Origin: Macrostomum lignano
Lineage: Eukaryota
Assembly: GCA_002269645.1 (NCBI GenBank)
Contig: NIVC01003526.1
Location: forward strand, 1 to 64,000
DNA: 64,000 nucleotides
Direction: 5' to 3'
The position numbers were made by a program, and so were the translations under genes. Each line of letters begins with the position of its first letter. The stretch's first letter is position 1. A model generated the notes under the pieces. That model was not told where the DNA came from. It did not search any database and saw nothing but the letters and a program-made list of their open reading frames with translations. Positions 25,026-60,025 of the stretch are shown one piece after another.

Positions 25026-26705
25026 ATGGCCCTAGACAGAAAGAAGCCGCAGCAGCAGCAGCCGGCCAGGGTGACGGTCGCCTACACCAACGAGCCGTGC
25101 CGGCGGAAGCTGCAGTTCGTCAACGGCAAGTTCGCCGCCCAGAAGCCGCAGACCAGCACGGTGCAGAGGCGCAACGAGCGCGAGCGGAACCGAATCCGCC
25201 TCATCAACCGCACCTTCGCGGCGCTGCGGGCCAGCCTTCCGCCCGCGTCGGCGTCTGCCGCGGCGGCGGCAGCGGCAGCAGCGGCCACTGCTTCGCCGGC
25301 GCCCAGCGGTGGCGGCAGCGCGAAGGAGCGACGCCGGCTCAGCAAAGTGCAGGTTCTGCGCACCGCGGCTGCCTACATAGCCGAGCTGGCCGCTCTGCTT
25401 CGAGCCGACGATGCCGCAGCCGCCGCTGCTGCCACCGCACCCGCCGAAGTGGCCACAGTCTCCGCCAATTGTAGCCCGGCTGAGTTGACTGCCGCCGATT
25501 GTTGCTATGGCAACGCCTGGCAGCAGCCGCAGCAGCCGCCACAGCACGGCGACTGCCTGCCGGACCTGCGGCTGCTGCTGGAAGACGATTCCCGGATGGA
25601 CAACTCCGCCACCGCCGCCGCCGTCGAAGACTTCGTTGACGACGAGTTCGAAGACGATGGCGGCCGGTTCCGCCTGTCGGAGGAGCCGGAGTCGCCGTCT
25701 CCCATGCGGCAGTGCGGCTGCTCCGCTGGCAGCAGCGGCAGCGTCGGTTGCGGCGGAGGCTACAGCGGCAGCAGCAGCGGCTGCTACGGCAGCGACGGGT
25801 TTTACGGAGGTGAGCGGGGAAACTGCGGTGCAGACTGCGCGAAGGAGACTGTTGGGAGAGTCAGGGAGACAGTGGGGGCGCCAGAGGAGACCGTGGGGGC
25901 GCCAGAGGAGACAGTGAGGGCGCCAGAGGAGACAGTGAGGGCGCCAGAGGAGACAGTGAGGGCGCCAGAGGAGACAGTGGGGGCGCCAGAGGAGACAGTG
26001 GGGGCGCCAGAGGAGACAGTGAGGGCGCCAGAGGAGACAGTGGGGCGCCAGAGGAGACAGTGGGGCGCCAGAGGAGACAGTGGGGGCGCCAGAGGAGACA
26101 GTGGGGCGCCAGAGGAGACAGTGGGGGCGCCAGAGGAGACAGTGAGGGCGCCAGAGGAGACAGTGGGGCGCCAGAGGAGACAGTGGGGGCGCCAGAGGAG
26201 ACAGTGGGGCGCCAGAGGAGACAGTGGGGGCGCCAGAGGAGACAGTGGGGGCGCCAGAGGAGACAGTGGGGGCGCCAGAGGAGACAGTGGGGGCGCCAGA
26301 GGAGACAGTGGGGGCGCCAGAGGAGACAGTGGGGGCGCCAGAGGAGACAGTGGGGGCGCCAGAGGAGACAGTGGGGGCGCCAGAGGAGACAGTGGGGGCG
26401 CCAGAGGAGACAGTGGGGGCGCCAGAGGAGACAGTGGGGGCGCCAGAGGAGACAGTGGGGGCGCCAGAGGAGACAGTGGGGGCGCCAGAGGAGACAGTGG
26501 GGGCGCCAGAGGAGACAGTGGGGGCGCCAGAGGAGACAGTGGGGGCGCCAGAGGAGGCAGTGTGAGGCATGATGCATACAAAAGCCATTCCATCCGCTAC
26601 ATTGCAGAGCCGCTGGTGTTCTCCGCTCATCAGCATCCGTCGATGGGCTGCACACCCTCATCTGCCGCTCACCACAGCGCCTGGTCCACGTGGCCGGCCC
26701 TGTAG
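25026..26705 (+). CDS. ascl: Achaete-scute family bHLH transcription factor, 2 exons (~293 aa)
   Basis: Basic/helix1 VQRRNERERNRIRLINRTFAALRASLP, helix2 RLSKVQVLRTAAAYIAELAALL. Exons 25026-25809 (G|GTGAGC) and 26608-26705 (ATTGCAG|AG), phase 1, intron filled by a 21-bp repeat. Confidence 0.9.
   Translation: MALDRKKPQQQQPARVTVAYTNEPCRRKLQFVNGKFAAQKPQTSTVQRRNERERNRIRLINRTFAALRASLPPASASAAAAAAAAAATASPAPSGGGSAKERRRLSKVQVLRTAAAYIAELAALLRADDAAAAAAATAPAEVATVSANCSPAELTAADCCYGNAWQQPQQPPQHGDCLPDLRLLLEDDSRMDNSATAAAVEDFVDDEFEDDGGRFRLSEEPESPSPMRQCGCSAGSSGSVGCGGGYSGSSSGCYGSDGFYGGERGNCGADCAKETVGRVRETVGAPEETVGAPEETVRAPEETVRAPEETVRAPEETVGAPEETVGAPEETVRAPEETVGRQRRQWGARGDSGGARGDSGAPEETVGAPEETVRAPEETVGRQRRQWGRQRRQWGARGDSGGARGDSGGARGDSGGARGDSGGARGDSGGARGDSGGARGDSGGARGDSGGARGDSGGARGDSGGARGDSGGARGDSGGARGDSGGARGDSGGARGDSGGARGDSGGARGGSVRHDAYKSHSIRYIAEPLVFSAHQHPSMGCTPSSAAHHSAWSTWPAL
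25865..26560. repeat. 21-bp minisatellite in ascl intron
   Basis: Unit GGGGGCGCCAGAGGAGACAGT with some 20-bp variants. Confidence 0.95.
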
Positions 26706-27534
26706 GGAGGCTGCAGGGTCGGGTGATGTAGCGCCATGCACTCTGATGCCACTAATAGGCTCCTATTGAAGCTGTAAATATTCGTTGCAGGTGAGCAACA
26801 AGAATCAAACAAACCATAAGGACAAATAAAGCAGATGGGCAGATGGTTGACCATAGCAACTGTCTTGGCCAGTCAGAAAGCAATACAATAGTAAGCTAAA
26901 TCATACAGCATTAGTGAGGAGCCGCGCAAATCACGGCTATAGAGACGCTGCAGATTAAACAATCGCGAGGCTATTGAAGTGCTAATTGAGCATTCACAGC
27001 GCTGCAAAGAATTCCGCATTTCTCACCTGCAATTTAAGGTTGCGCATGACTCACCTGCCCGCCTGCCGATGCACCTGCACGCGGCCCCCGGGCAATCATT
27101 CGATCCGAAGTCCTGACACTGCAAGCAACTTTTGGACTCGCGCAGTTTATATGCTAAGAGTTATTTTTCCTATGGTTGTTTTTTTCTTACATTGTTGTTT
27201 AGCTGTGCTGATAATTGTGCGCGTTATTAGCACTAATTAGCTCACCTTGGCCAGCCCAATCCATGACAAATCTGTGTACAGTTCTTCTCGCTTGCATTTT
27301 GTGCTGCTTCTGGCTTATTTTAATGGCATGCGATCATTTAATTGTCTACTTTGCGTCTGTATATCGTTTTGAGCGCAAGATTATTGTGACCTGTTTTTGT
27401 TACATAGCTGTTGCACACGTTATATGTACGAACTATATATTACTATGCACAAGCAGTTTCACTGATCAATATAATTTCACTGTAAAAACTGAACTGACTT
27501 TATTTAGGTTATGTAGTTTGGTATTTAATATATA

Positions 27535-27559
27535 TAGACAGGTAGACAGACGGACACTA

Positions 27560-27615
<56 letters not shown>

Positions 27616-27695
27616 GGACAGACAGACAGACAGATAGACAGACAGACAGATAGACAGACAGACAGACAGACAGATAGACAGACAGACAGACAGAC

Positions 27696-27772
<77 letters not shown>

Positions 27773-27951
27773 CTAAGACACTAAGACACTAAGACAGACA
27801 GACAGACAGACACTAAGACACTAAGACACTAAGACAGACAGACAGACAGACACTAAGACACTAAGACACTAAGACAGACAGACAGACAGACACTAAGACA
27901 CTAAGACACTAAGACAGACAGACAGACAGACACTAAGACACTAAGACACTA

Positions 27952-27992
<41 letters not shown>

Positions 27993-27995
27993 GGC
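27535..27995. repeat. (GACA)n microsatellite with GACACTAA modules
   Basis: Direct reading. Confidence 0.95.
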
Positions 27996-28694
27996 AAAGA
28001 AATCCACCTAAAGGACCAGTGATTCCACGGACATTGTTGCTAGTTGCAAAGGAGAGCAACTTGGCCGCGTGCCAATCGCCCACTCTCAACAGGTTTCATG
28101 CTGGCTGCTCAACTCAACGCCTCCAACTTCTTCCTATTAACTCACTGCCCGCCTATCGCCCTGGCCGTAACAAGCATTCAATTAGTCCGCTCTCGAACAG
28201 CATTCATTCTTCAGCAGGTGCGATCCACCCAAACGACTCCCCGCGGACAAGCAGCCGCTGTTTGCCTCACTTGGCTTCCCCCGATTGTTCAACAGCGATT
28301 CCCTCGCTTCCCCTTGGCAACGCTCGGCGAATCAGCTGCGCGCATGATGGGATGACGGAGAAGAGAAGCCTCAGTTTCATTTGAAACGGCTTCTATAATC
28401 GAAATCCCGAGGGAAGAAATCCCAATTTGGGCGAGAGAGACAGAGCAAAGACAACACAATGAATAGATAGATTTGTCCGAACTGTGGACGGGACAAAGAC
28501 CTGCCAGCAATCTGGTGCGCTAAATTTGAATGTCTCAAGCTCGCTCAGAAACCTTCGAGCAGATCCTTGTTTGGTTTTTCATATTTTGCCGGCACACTGC
28601 CATTGGCAAAACTCTAATTCTGAATACTTAAACTGAATTTTGAATTTTTAACGCTTTTTTTCTATTGGCTACAATTCCTTAATATATCACCTAG

Positions 28695-28990
28695 CAGGGG
28701 CGTCGCCATGGATTTATGGTGGCGGGGACAAAGCCAAGAATTCAACATGTACATGACTAAATTCCTGCATTTCCATTATTTCGAGAATCGAGTTGTCAGC
28801 GCTCATTTTGGCGCCCCGGGTACTCATTTTGGCGCCGCAGGCACTCGTTTTTGCGCCACAGGCACTCATTTTGGCGCCGAAGGTGCTATATTTTGGCGCC
28901 CTGAAGAAAAATTATTGATTACCACAACGGGTCACAAGGGGGGGTGGAGGGGGAATAAAGCATTGCTGTCCCCCGGTGGCGATGTGCCTG
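28695..28990. mobile_element. Possible hAT-like MITE
   Basis: Imperfect TIR CAGGGGCGTCGCCA / TGGCGATGTGCCTG; internal CATTTTGGCGCC repeats; putative TSD matches only 4-5 of 8 bp. Confidence 0.4.
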
Positions 28991-30420
28991 TCACAAACAT
29001 CGCAAATTGCGGATGTACATGATGATGTTATTAGAAGTATATGACATGCCAACTATGCATTTGTAGGTCAATCATGCGCTATTATATCCTGCACAGACAT
29101 AAAAATCCATAATTTTTTTCTAAGAAGTAAAATAATTTCAGCTATATACGAATGAAAGAATCGCGTAGAACAAATACAAATTCTTCGATCATCCGACAGT
29201 ATAGAAATCCGAGGATCGCTATAGTACACTGTATAAATACAGTGGTCCTCGGTCCTTGGCACAACTCTGAAAAAATAACTTTACAGATACGAGTTTGGAA
29301 GGAAAAAAATCATTTTAACCGTTAGCTAGCTGACACAAAGAATTTAGTTTTTAGAAATTAATAGTAAAAGGTAGGAATACATAGTATGCGTTATCCTAGT
29401 AAGTCTTGACTGTTCTCACGCTAGAGGCTGACATGTAGGGTCACTATTTACAGGAAGTATTTAAAAACAACTGTAATTAAGAATTAAGAAAGCGAAATAC
29501 AGACTATGTTTTACAAACAAAAGAGAGTTCGTCTTAATTTTTGTTTAAAAGATAGTCGGTAATATAAATGTTACTAATTTAAACTCATAAAATAAGTTTG
29601 CGGAGGTCCTGCGCGATCCGGCCCATCGCTGAAATGACGTAGCCTATTTAAATTAAATTTAAACATGGACCCAGAGAAATCTGATCACACTTAAAAAATT
29701 GCTTTTTATTTATTTTTCATTGCTTTTTAAAAATTGAATCTGGCGTGAAATTGGCTTTTGCTTTTTTTCTTTGAAAACGGTAAGACAGAGCAGTACAGTA
29801 TAATTACAGGAATACAGAAATGAATTTGATTTTCCCTTGACAGCATAAAGCTTTAAGATTTTCATCAAGGTCTATGATCAAATTTTATACTTTATTTTAA
29901 AAAATGGCATGCTATCCAGCATTTGAAAAAAAACATTTGTCAAATTAGATTTTCTCATAAACAACAGCATTCTCTCGAAGTCAGTAGCACGAAATTTATT
30001 TGATTTATTTTATTTTTTTCTTATAAAAATATCTTCCATATTAAATAGTCATTTAAAAATAAAACTATTTTAATTTTAATCCAATTTCATGAATGTTAAA
30101 ATTTAAATATATATATTTTAAGAATAGCAAAAAATAAAAGCAAAGAAAAGAATTATTAAACTTTAAAGATACTCGTAGACACAGATACTTTTTTATAGTT
30201 TTAATACCTAAGCATTTTCAAAGCATGTAATTCTTTATAAGAGATTTTCAACATTGAAAATAACTGAGACAGAAATAGCTTATAAAATTAGTTCCATCTA
30301 CTAGAGTCAAGGCGGGCGAAATACAGTCTTTTCTTATAAAGTGAGTGCCTCTGTTTTGAAGCCAAACTCGAAGTGCCCCGTGCCGACGCCAAATTTCAGT
30401 CGGCCGGTCGCGCCACGCCG

Positions 30421-54533
<24,113 letters not shown>

Positions 54534-55129
54534 CGGAGGCCTCAGCAACTAGCTGCCTGCCTTGACGAGCTTGCAGTTCGACATTGATAATTCATCGGTG
54601 ACTCGGGAAACATCGGGGAAAGTAAAGAAATCAATAAATTACTTTCAAGTCGGAGAGAGCGCTTTTACTTGTCCGTTTTTATGATTGCTATAACAACTGC
54701 TTTCCCACTCACTGGCACAACGAGTCACCTTTCACCTTTGTAAAGTATAAAATACACATGTCGGATCGTACAAAAGACCACCTTTTGTACTGTCGTTGAA
54801 GTCCTAATCTTGGGAAAGAGCTTGGCATCGAGAAAGTGCTTTTTTCTCTATCGAGCTGCACCGCCCTGCAGCAGCTGGGGGCAGTGCGATAAACTTGAAA
54901 ATGCGACAAGAAAATTCTGTTGAATTCTTTGAAACTTGGCACTTCAGAGAGCAGCAAGAAAAATGCTGCAACAAAATTTGCTGCTTCTGGTTGCAGTTTT
55001 CATTGTTTACTTATTTAGCTATGAAGCCTCAGCCATTGACCAAAGACCGCTGAGGGTTGTTCGAGGTCCGCCAGTGGTGGAGCGAGTTGGCAGCGATTAT
55101 TGCGGTGCCTGTTGCGTGTGACAGGATTG

Positions 55130-55740
55130 CTTTTAGTGTGACCATCTGTATGACAATCGGACTGGTTGTTGGAGTGACCATCTGTGTGACAGTCGGACTG
55201 GTTGTTGCAGTGACCATCTGTGTGACAGTCGGACTGGTTGTTGGAGTGACCATCTGTGTGACAGTCGGACTGGTTGTTGGAGTGACCATCTGTGTGACAG
55301 TCGGAATTGTTGTTGGAGTAACCATCTGTGTGACAGTCGGACTGGTTGTTGGAGTAACCATCTGTGTGACAGTCGGACTGGTTGTTGGAGTGACCATCTG
55401 TGTGACAGTCGGAATTGTTGTTGGAGTAACCATCTGTGTGACAGTCGGACTGGTTGTTGGAGTGACCATCTGTGTGACAGTCGGACTGGTTGTTGGAGTA
55501 ACCATCTGTGTGACAGTCGGAATTGTTGTTGGAGCGACCATCTGTGTGACAGTCGGAATTGTTGTTGGAGTGACCATCTGTGTGACAGTCGGAATTGTTG
55601 TTGGAGCGACCATCTGTGTGACAGTCGGAATTGTTGTTGGAGTAACCATCTGTGTGACAGTCGGATTTGTTGCTGGAGTGACCATCTGTGTGACAGTCGG
55701 AATTGTTGTTGGAGTGACCATCTGTGTGACAGTCGGACTG
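55130..55740. repeat. 36-bp minisatellite
   Basis: Unit GTGACCATCTGTGTGACAGTCGGACTGGTTGTTGGA. Confidence 0.95.
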
Positions 55741-56075
55741 GCCTTTTTTATTGACAAAAATTTTCAAGTTTGAGTTAAACTTGAGGGACACTTTATAAGG
55801 CAGCCAAAACAGCATTGTTAGAATTAGCCCCGACGGTAAGGGGGTAGGGCCCGCCCTCAGCCCGACTGGTGTCGCCTGCTCGGCTTGATGGCCACAGTCT
55901 CTCTTAGCCTAGCTTAGAAACCTAGTGTACATTAGTACACTCCCAACCTGGATCCTAATTCATTCCTAGTGGTGTAAGAGCCTGTTCAATGGCTGAGGCG
56001 CCTTATTACTTATTTAGTTTTGAAGCGAGCAACACAACTAAGGTACTAAAATCGAGTTCATCAAGAACAGTTACT

Positions 56076-59000
56076 TCAGCTGTAAGTCAGTCGCTCAGGT
56101 GCAGCGCACTTCCTCATCGAACGGCGAAGCTGCGGTATGGCGTCAGGCTCTGCCGCAGCCTCAGTAGCAACGCCGTCAGCAAAAACTTCGGATGCGCCCT
56201 TCGGCACCGCATCGCACTGCGGCACCGCTGCCGCTGGTACCGCTGGCTCGGTCGGAAGCTGACTGACCGCGGCCGGCTTGCGCACCTGGTCCACGTGCCT
56301 GTGTGCGTCTCTGCCGTCATCGAACCGGCACGTGAAGTCGGCCGCACCAGAACTGTCCGTGACTGTCGCCGGTCTCCAGCGTCCGTCTCTCGCGAAGTCT
56401 CGCGCCAGCACCGAGTCGCCGACATTAATGCGGCGGTCGTGCGCGTGGGCATCGTGCTGCTCCTTCTGCAGTGCCTGCTGGACGGCCACCCGGGCGGGCA
56501 GGTCAGGGCGGACTCGGTCGAGCAACGATTTCAGCCTCCGCCCCATCAGCAGCTCGCAGGGAGCCGTCCCGGTAGTCGCATGCGGCGTGACTCGGTACGT
56601 CAGGAGGAACCGGGAGACTCGCTCCTCCAGAGAGCCGCTTCGCTGCTTGGCCAGCGCACGCTTCAGAGTCTGAACTGCTCGCTCTGCTTGGCCGTTGGAC
56701 GCCGGGTGGTACGGAGCCGTGCGCACGTGCCGGATGCCGTTCTTGCTCAGGAATGTCTCCATCTCCGCGCTGACCAGGTTCGGACCGTTGTCGGAGACGA
56801 TCACGTCCGGCAGACCGTGAGTTGCAAAGCTCGACCGCAGCTTCTCGATAGTCGCAGTCGACGACGTCGAAGACATCACATGCACGTCCATCCACTTGGA
56901 GTGAGCGTCCACGACAACCAGCAACATCCGGCCCTGGACTGGCCCGGCGTAGTCAATGTGCAGGCGCGACCACGGCTTGTCCGGCCACGCCCACGGCTGC
57001 AGTGGAAACGGACCTGGCGACTTCTGCATCTCCTGGCACTCGGTGCACGCGGCGACCAGCCGCTCGATCGCCTCGTCCAGCTTAGGCCACCAGAAAACGC
57101 TTCGAGCCAGCGCCTTCATTCTCGTGGCGCCCTGGTGCCCCTGGTGCAGGCAGTGCAGCAGCGCCTCTCGACCGGCCTCGGGAACTACGACTCGGCAGCC
57201 CCAGAGCAGACAGCCGTCTTGGGTGCTCAGCTGGTCGGCTCGCGTGCAGTACGGCTGCAGCTCAGGCGGCGGCCGCTCTGGCCAGCAGCCGGTCTCAGTG
57301 AAACGCAGAACTCGGGACAAGTCCGGGTCTGTCCGAGTCCACGTCCGGATGTGCCGAGCCGTCACCGGTCCCTCGTCCAGGAAGTCCATGAGTAGGACGA
57401 CTTCAGCTGGAGTTGGCGCTTCCTTCGGCTTCTCCGGCAGCGGCAGCCGACTCAGCGCATCGGCTCGAAGCAGCGACTTGCCCGCTCGGTGGACCATGGA
57501 GTACTGGTAGCCGGCCAGGAGCAGCGCCCACCGCTGGATTCTGCCAGAAGCCAGTGCTGGTATCGGCTTGGACTGGTGCAGCAGACCGAGCAGCGGCTTG
57601 TGGTCGCTCACCAGCTTGAAGTCTCGCCCGAACAGGTACATGTGAAATTTCTTAACTCCGTAAATGACCGCGAGCGCCTCCTTCTCGAGCTGGGAGTATC
57701 GGGTCTCTGCTTCATGTAGCGTGCGAGAGGCGAAGGCGATCGGCCTATCGACTCCGTCGATTCGGTGGCTGATGACGGCGCCGATGCCATAAGGCGAGGC
57801 GTCGCACTCGAGCACCAGCGGCTTCTGACGGTCGAAATGCGCAAGCACCGGTGCCTGGCTGAGTAGCGACTTGCACCTGCGAAACGCCTCGTCCTGCACA
57901 GCGTCCCATCGCCAGGGGGCGCCCTTGTTCAGCAGCTGGTTCAGCGGCGCCAGTTCGGTTGACAGATTGGGCATGAACTTGCCGTAATAATTTACCAGCC
58001 CGAGGAAGCTGCGCAGCTGCGTCTGGTCGCGGGGCGGTGGCGCGTCCTGGATCGCCCGCACCTTGTCCTGGAGAGGGTGCAGCCCTTCGGCGTCGATTCG
58101 GTGCCCGAGGTAGCTGATGCTCTGCTGCATAAAGCTGCACTTACTCAGGCCGCACCGGAGGCCGCTCTGCTGCAGTCGCCGAAGGACCTGCTCCAGCGTC
58201 TTCAGGTGGCTGTCATCATCCACGCCGGTAACCAGCAGGTCGTCAACAAAGCAGGTGACGTGGGGAATGCCCTGCAGGAGGCAGTCCATCTGGCGCTGGA
58301 AAATGCCGACAGCGGGAGCAACTCCGAACGGCAGTCTCGTGTACCGCAGCAGCCCCTTGCTGGTGTTGATGGTGCAGAGTTCTTGCGAGGCTTCGTCCAG
58401 AGGCAGTTGCGAGTACGCTTGCGACAAGTCAAGCTTAGTGAATTTCTTTCCGCCGGCCAGTTTCGCGAAGAGCTCCTCGATTCTCGGCACCGGGTACGTG
58501 TCGGGCTCGACGTCGAGGTTCACCGTTTGTTTAAAATCAGCGCATATGCGGACCGAGCCATCTGTCTTTAAAACGGGTACGATCGGAGACGCGTAGTCCG
58601 AGCTGCTCACCGGCTTCAGCACTCCCTGTTCGATCTCTTTTTCGAGTTGCGCCTCGACCTTCTCCTTCAGCGCAAGCGGGACGTTCCTGGCTTTGAAAAA
58701 CCTCGGCCGCGCTGAGGCTTTCAGCTGCAGCCGAACCGCGGGCCCCGAGTACCGACCAAGGCCCGGCTCGAAGACTTCGGCGTACTTGTCCAGCAGGCTC
58801 TTGAGTCCTGGTTGCCCTGACGGATGCTGTTGCACCTGCTTGATGTCTCGCCAGTCCAGCGGAAGTTCGGCCAGCCAGTCGCGGCCAACCAGATTCGAGC
58901 CGGCACCATCGATCACGAGCAGCGGCAGCACCTTGCTGGCGATCTCGGTCTGCGCGCGAACTCGAAGTTGGCCGAGAACGGGCACCAGCTCTCCGGAGTA

Positions 59001-59354
59001 CGTCCGCAGCTGCGTGTTGACTCGCTCGAGTCTGGGACGCCCTCGTAGTACTTCGTTGTAGGTCTTCGCAGAGATGAGTGACACAGACGCCCCAGTATCG
59101 ACCTCCATGCAGACTGGCGTGCCGTCGATGTCGATGGTGGTCTTAATTGGCGGAATCTTGCCGCCTACGGCGGCGGCCATCACGTGCAGCGAGAAAGCCT
59201 CCTCATCTGCCTCCTCCGCCTGCAGCTCTTGGACGGTCGAGTCGACGCGACGATTAGAAGCTCGCTGCGGCCCGCCGATCTCTCGTCCCGCTGAGCAGGC
59301 GGCGCTGCCTTGCACGCAGCAGCGATGTGACCGGTTTTCGAGCATGCGTAGCAC
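56076..59354 (-). CDS. pol: Gypsy Pol (protease, RT, RNase H, integrase)
   Basis: VDTGAS, RICADFK, KLDLSQAYSQL, FVDDLLV, YLGH, CDASPYG, SDHKPL, H-x3-H...C-x2-C, HIDYAGP, SDNGP, SNGQAER. Confidence 0.92.
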   Translation of the reverse strand: MLRMLENRSHRCCVQGSAACSAGREIGGPQRASNRRVDSTVQELQAEEADEEAFSLHVMAAAVGGKIPPIKTTIDIDGTPVCMEVDTGASVSLISAKTYNEVLRGRPRLERVNTQLRTYSGELVPVLGQLRVRAQTEIASKVLPLLVIDGAGSNLVGRDWLAELPLDWRDIKQVQQHPSGQPGLKSLLDKYAEVFEPGLGRYSGPAVRLQLKASARPRFFKARNVPLALKEKVEAQLEKEIEQGVLKPVSSSDYASPIVPVLKTDGSVRICADFKQTVNLDVEPDTYPVPRIEELFAKLAGGKKFTKLDLSQAYSQLPLDEASQELCTINTSKGLLRYTRLPFGVAPAVGIFQRQMDCLLQGIPHVTCFVDDLLVTGVDDDSHLKTLEQVLRRLQQSGLRCGLSKCSFMQQSISYLGHRIDAEGLHPLQDKVRAIQDAPPPRDQTQLRSFLGLVNYYGKFMPNLSTELAPLNQLLNKGAPWRWDAVQDEAFRRCKSLLSQAPVLAHFDRQKPLVLECDASPYGIGAVISHRIDGVDRPIAFASRTLHEAETRYSQLEKEALAVIYGVKKFHMYLFGRDFKLVSDHKPLLGLLHQSKPIPALASGRIQRWALLLAGYQYSMVHRAGKSLLRADALSRLPLPEKPKEAPTPAEVVLLMDFLDEGPVTARHIRTWTRTDPDLSRVLRFTETGCWPERPPPELQPYCTRADQLSTQDGCLLWGCRVVVPEAGREALLHCLHQGHQGATRMKALARSVFWWPKLDEAIERLVAACTECQEMQKSPGPFPLQPWAWPDKPWSRLHIDYAGPVQGRMLLVVVDAHSKWMDVHVMSSTSSTATIEKLRSSFATHGLPDVIVSDNGPNLVSAEMETFLSKNGIRHVRTAPYHPASNGQAERAVQTLKRALAKQRSGSLEERVSRFLLTYRVTPHATTGTAPCELLMGRRLKSLLDRVRPDLPARVAVQQALQKEQHDAHAHDRRINVGDSVLARDFARDGRWRPATVTDSSGAADFTCRFDDGRDAHRHVDQVRKPAAVSQLPTEPAVPAAAVPQCDAVPKGASEVFADGVATEAAAEPDAIPQLRRSMRKCAAPERLTYS

Positions 59355-60013
59355 TTACTATTGATGAACGGGCACTTTGCAGCCAGGTGGCGCTGGGACA
59401 GGCATCGATAGCAACGCTTCGCTGGCGGCCCGCTGGCCGCCTCCCGCCGGGCAGAATGGTGAAGAGCGTGCACCATGTCAGAGCCGGCACCTTTAGCCAC
59501 CAGCAGGTTGCCTTGAGCGGCCGACTCGTGGGCCTGCGCCAGCGACAGCGCCGTGTCCAGTGAGAGCTCCTTCTCTGTGAAGAGCCTCCGCTGAATGGAA
59601 TCATCACTGATCCCCAGGACCAGTCGGTCCCTGAGCATGCTGCTGAGGCCAACGCCGAAATTGCAGTCCCGAGCTAGCTTACGCAGCTCAGCCAGGAACT
59701 CTGCCACCGACTCGCCTGCCTGACGGCTTCTGCTGTAGAACCTGAATCGCCGTACAATCTCTGGTGGGGTTGGATCAAAATGCTCCTTTAGCTTAGCACA
59801 GATGGCGTCGTAGGTCGTGTCCTTCGGCAGAGCCGGTGACAGCAGGTTTGATATCAGCTGGTAGGTGTCCCTGCCACAGATGCTCAGCAGCACGGCTCGT
59901 CTCTTTTCATTGCTGATTTCATTTGCTGTGAAAAACTGTTCTAAGCTCTCCTGGTACTGCTGCCAGGTCTCAGTGCCCTCTTCAAAGGGTCCTATTGAGC
60001 CTATAAGACTCAT
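59180..60013 (-). CDS. gag: Gypsy Gag with two zinc knuckles
   Basis: ATG at 60013 (MSLIGSIGPF); CYRCLSQRHLAAKC and CYACSKTGHIAAAC; Pol continues in the -1 frame. Confidence 0.85.
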   Translation of the reverse strand: MSLIGSIGPFEEGTETWQQYQESLEQFFTANEISNEKRRAVLLSICGRDTYQLISNLLSPALPKDTTYDAICAKLKEHFDPTPPEIVRRFRFYSRSRQAGESVAEFLAELRKLARDCNFGVGLSSMLRDRLVLGISDDSIQRRLFTEKELSLDTALSLAQAHESAAQGNLLVAKGAGSDMVHALHHSARREAASGPPAKRCYRCLSQRHLAAKCPFINSKCYACSKTGHIAAACKAAPPAQRDERSAGRSELLIVASTRPSKSCRRRRQMRRLSRCT

Positions 60014-60025
60014 TCCTCGTCGCCA
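60014..60025 (-). other. Primer binding site, probably tRNA-Ser(GCU)
   Basis: TGGCGACGAGGA is complementary to the recalled tRNA-Ser(GCU) 3' end ...TCCTCGTCGCCA. Confidence 0.75.

Larger units (their letters stand above)
56076..60025 (-). mobile_element. Ty3/Gypsy LTR retrotransposon internal region, Mag-like
   Basis: PBS directly before gag, two CCHC knuckles, PR-RT-RH-IN order; no matching LTR pair found. Confidence 0.92.

Noticed and set aside
55015-55815. Mucin-like or Cys/His repeat ORFs on three frames
   Set aside because: 36-bp tandem repeat open in several frames by chance; no signal peptide or splice context found
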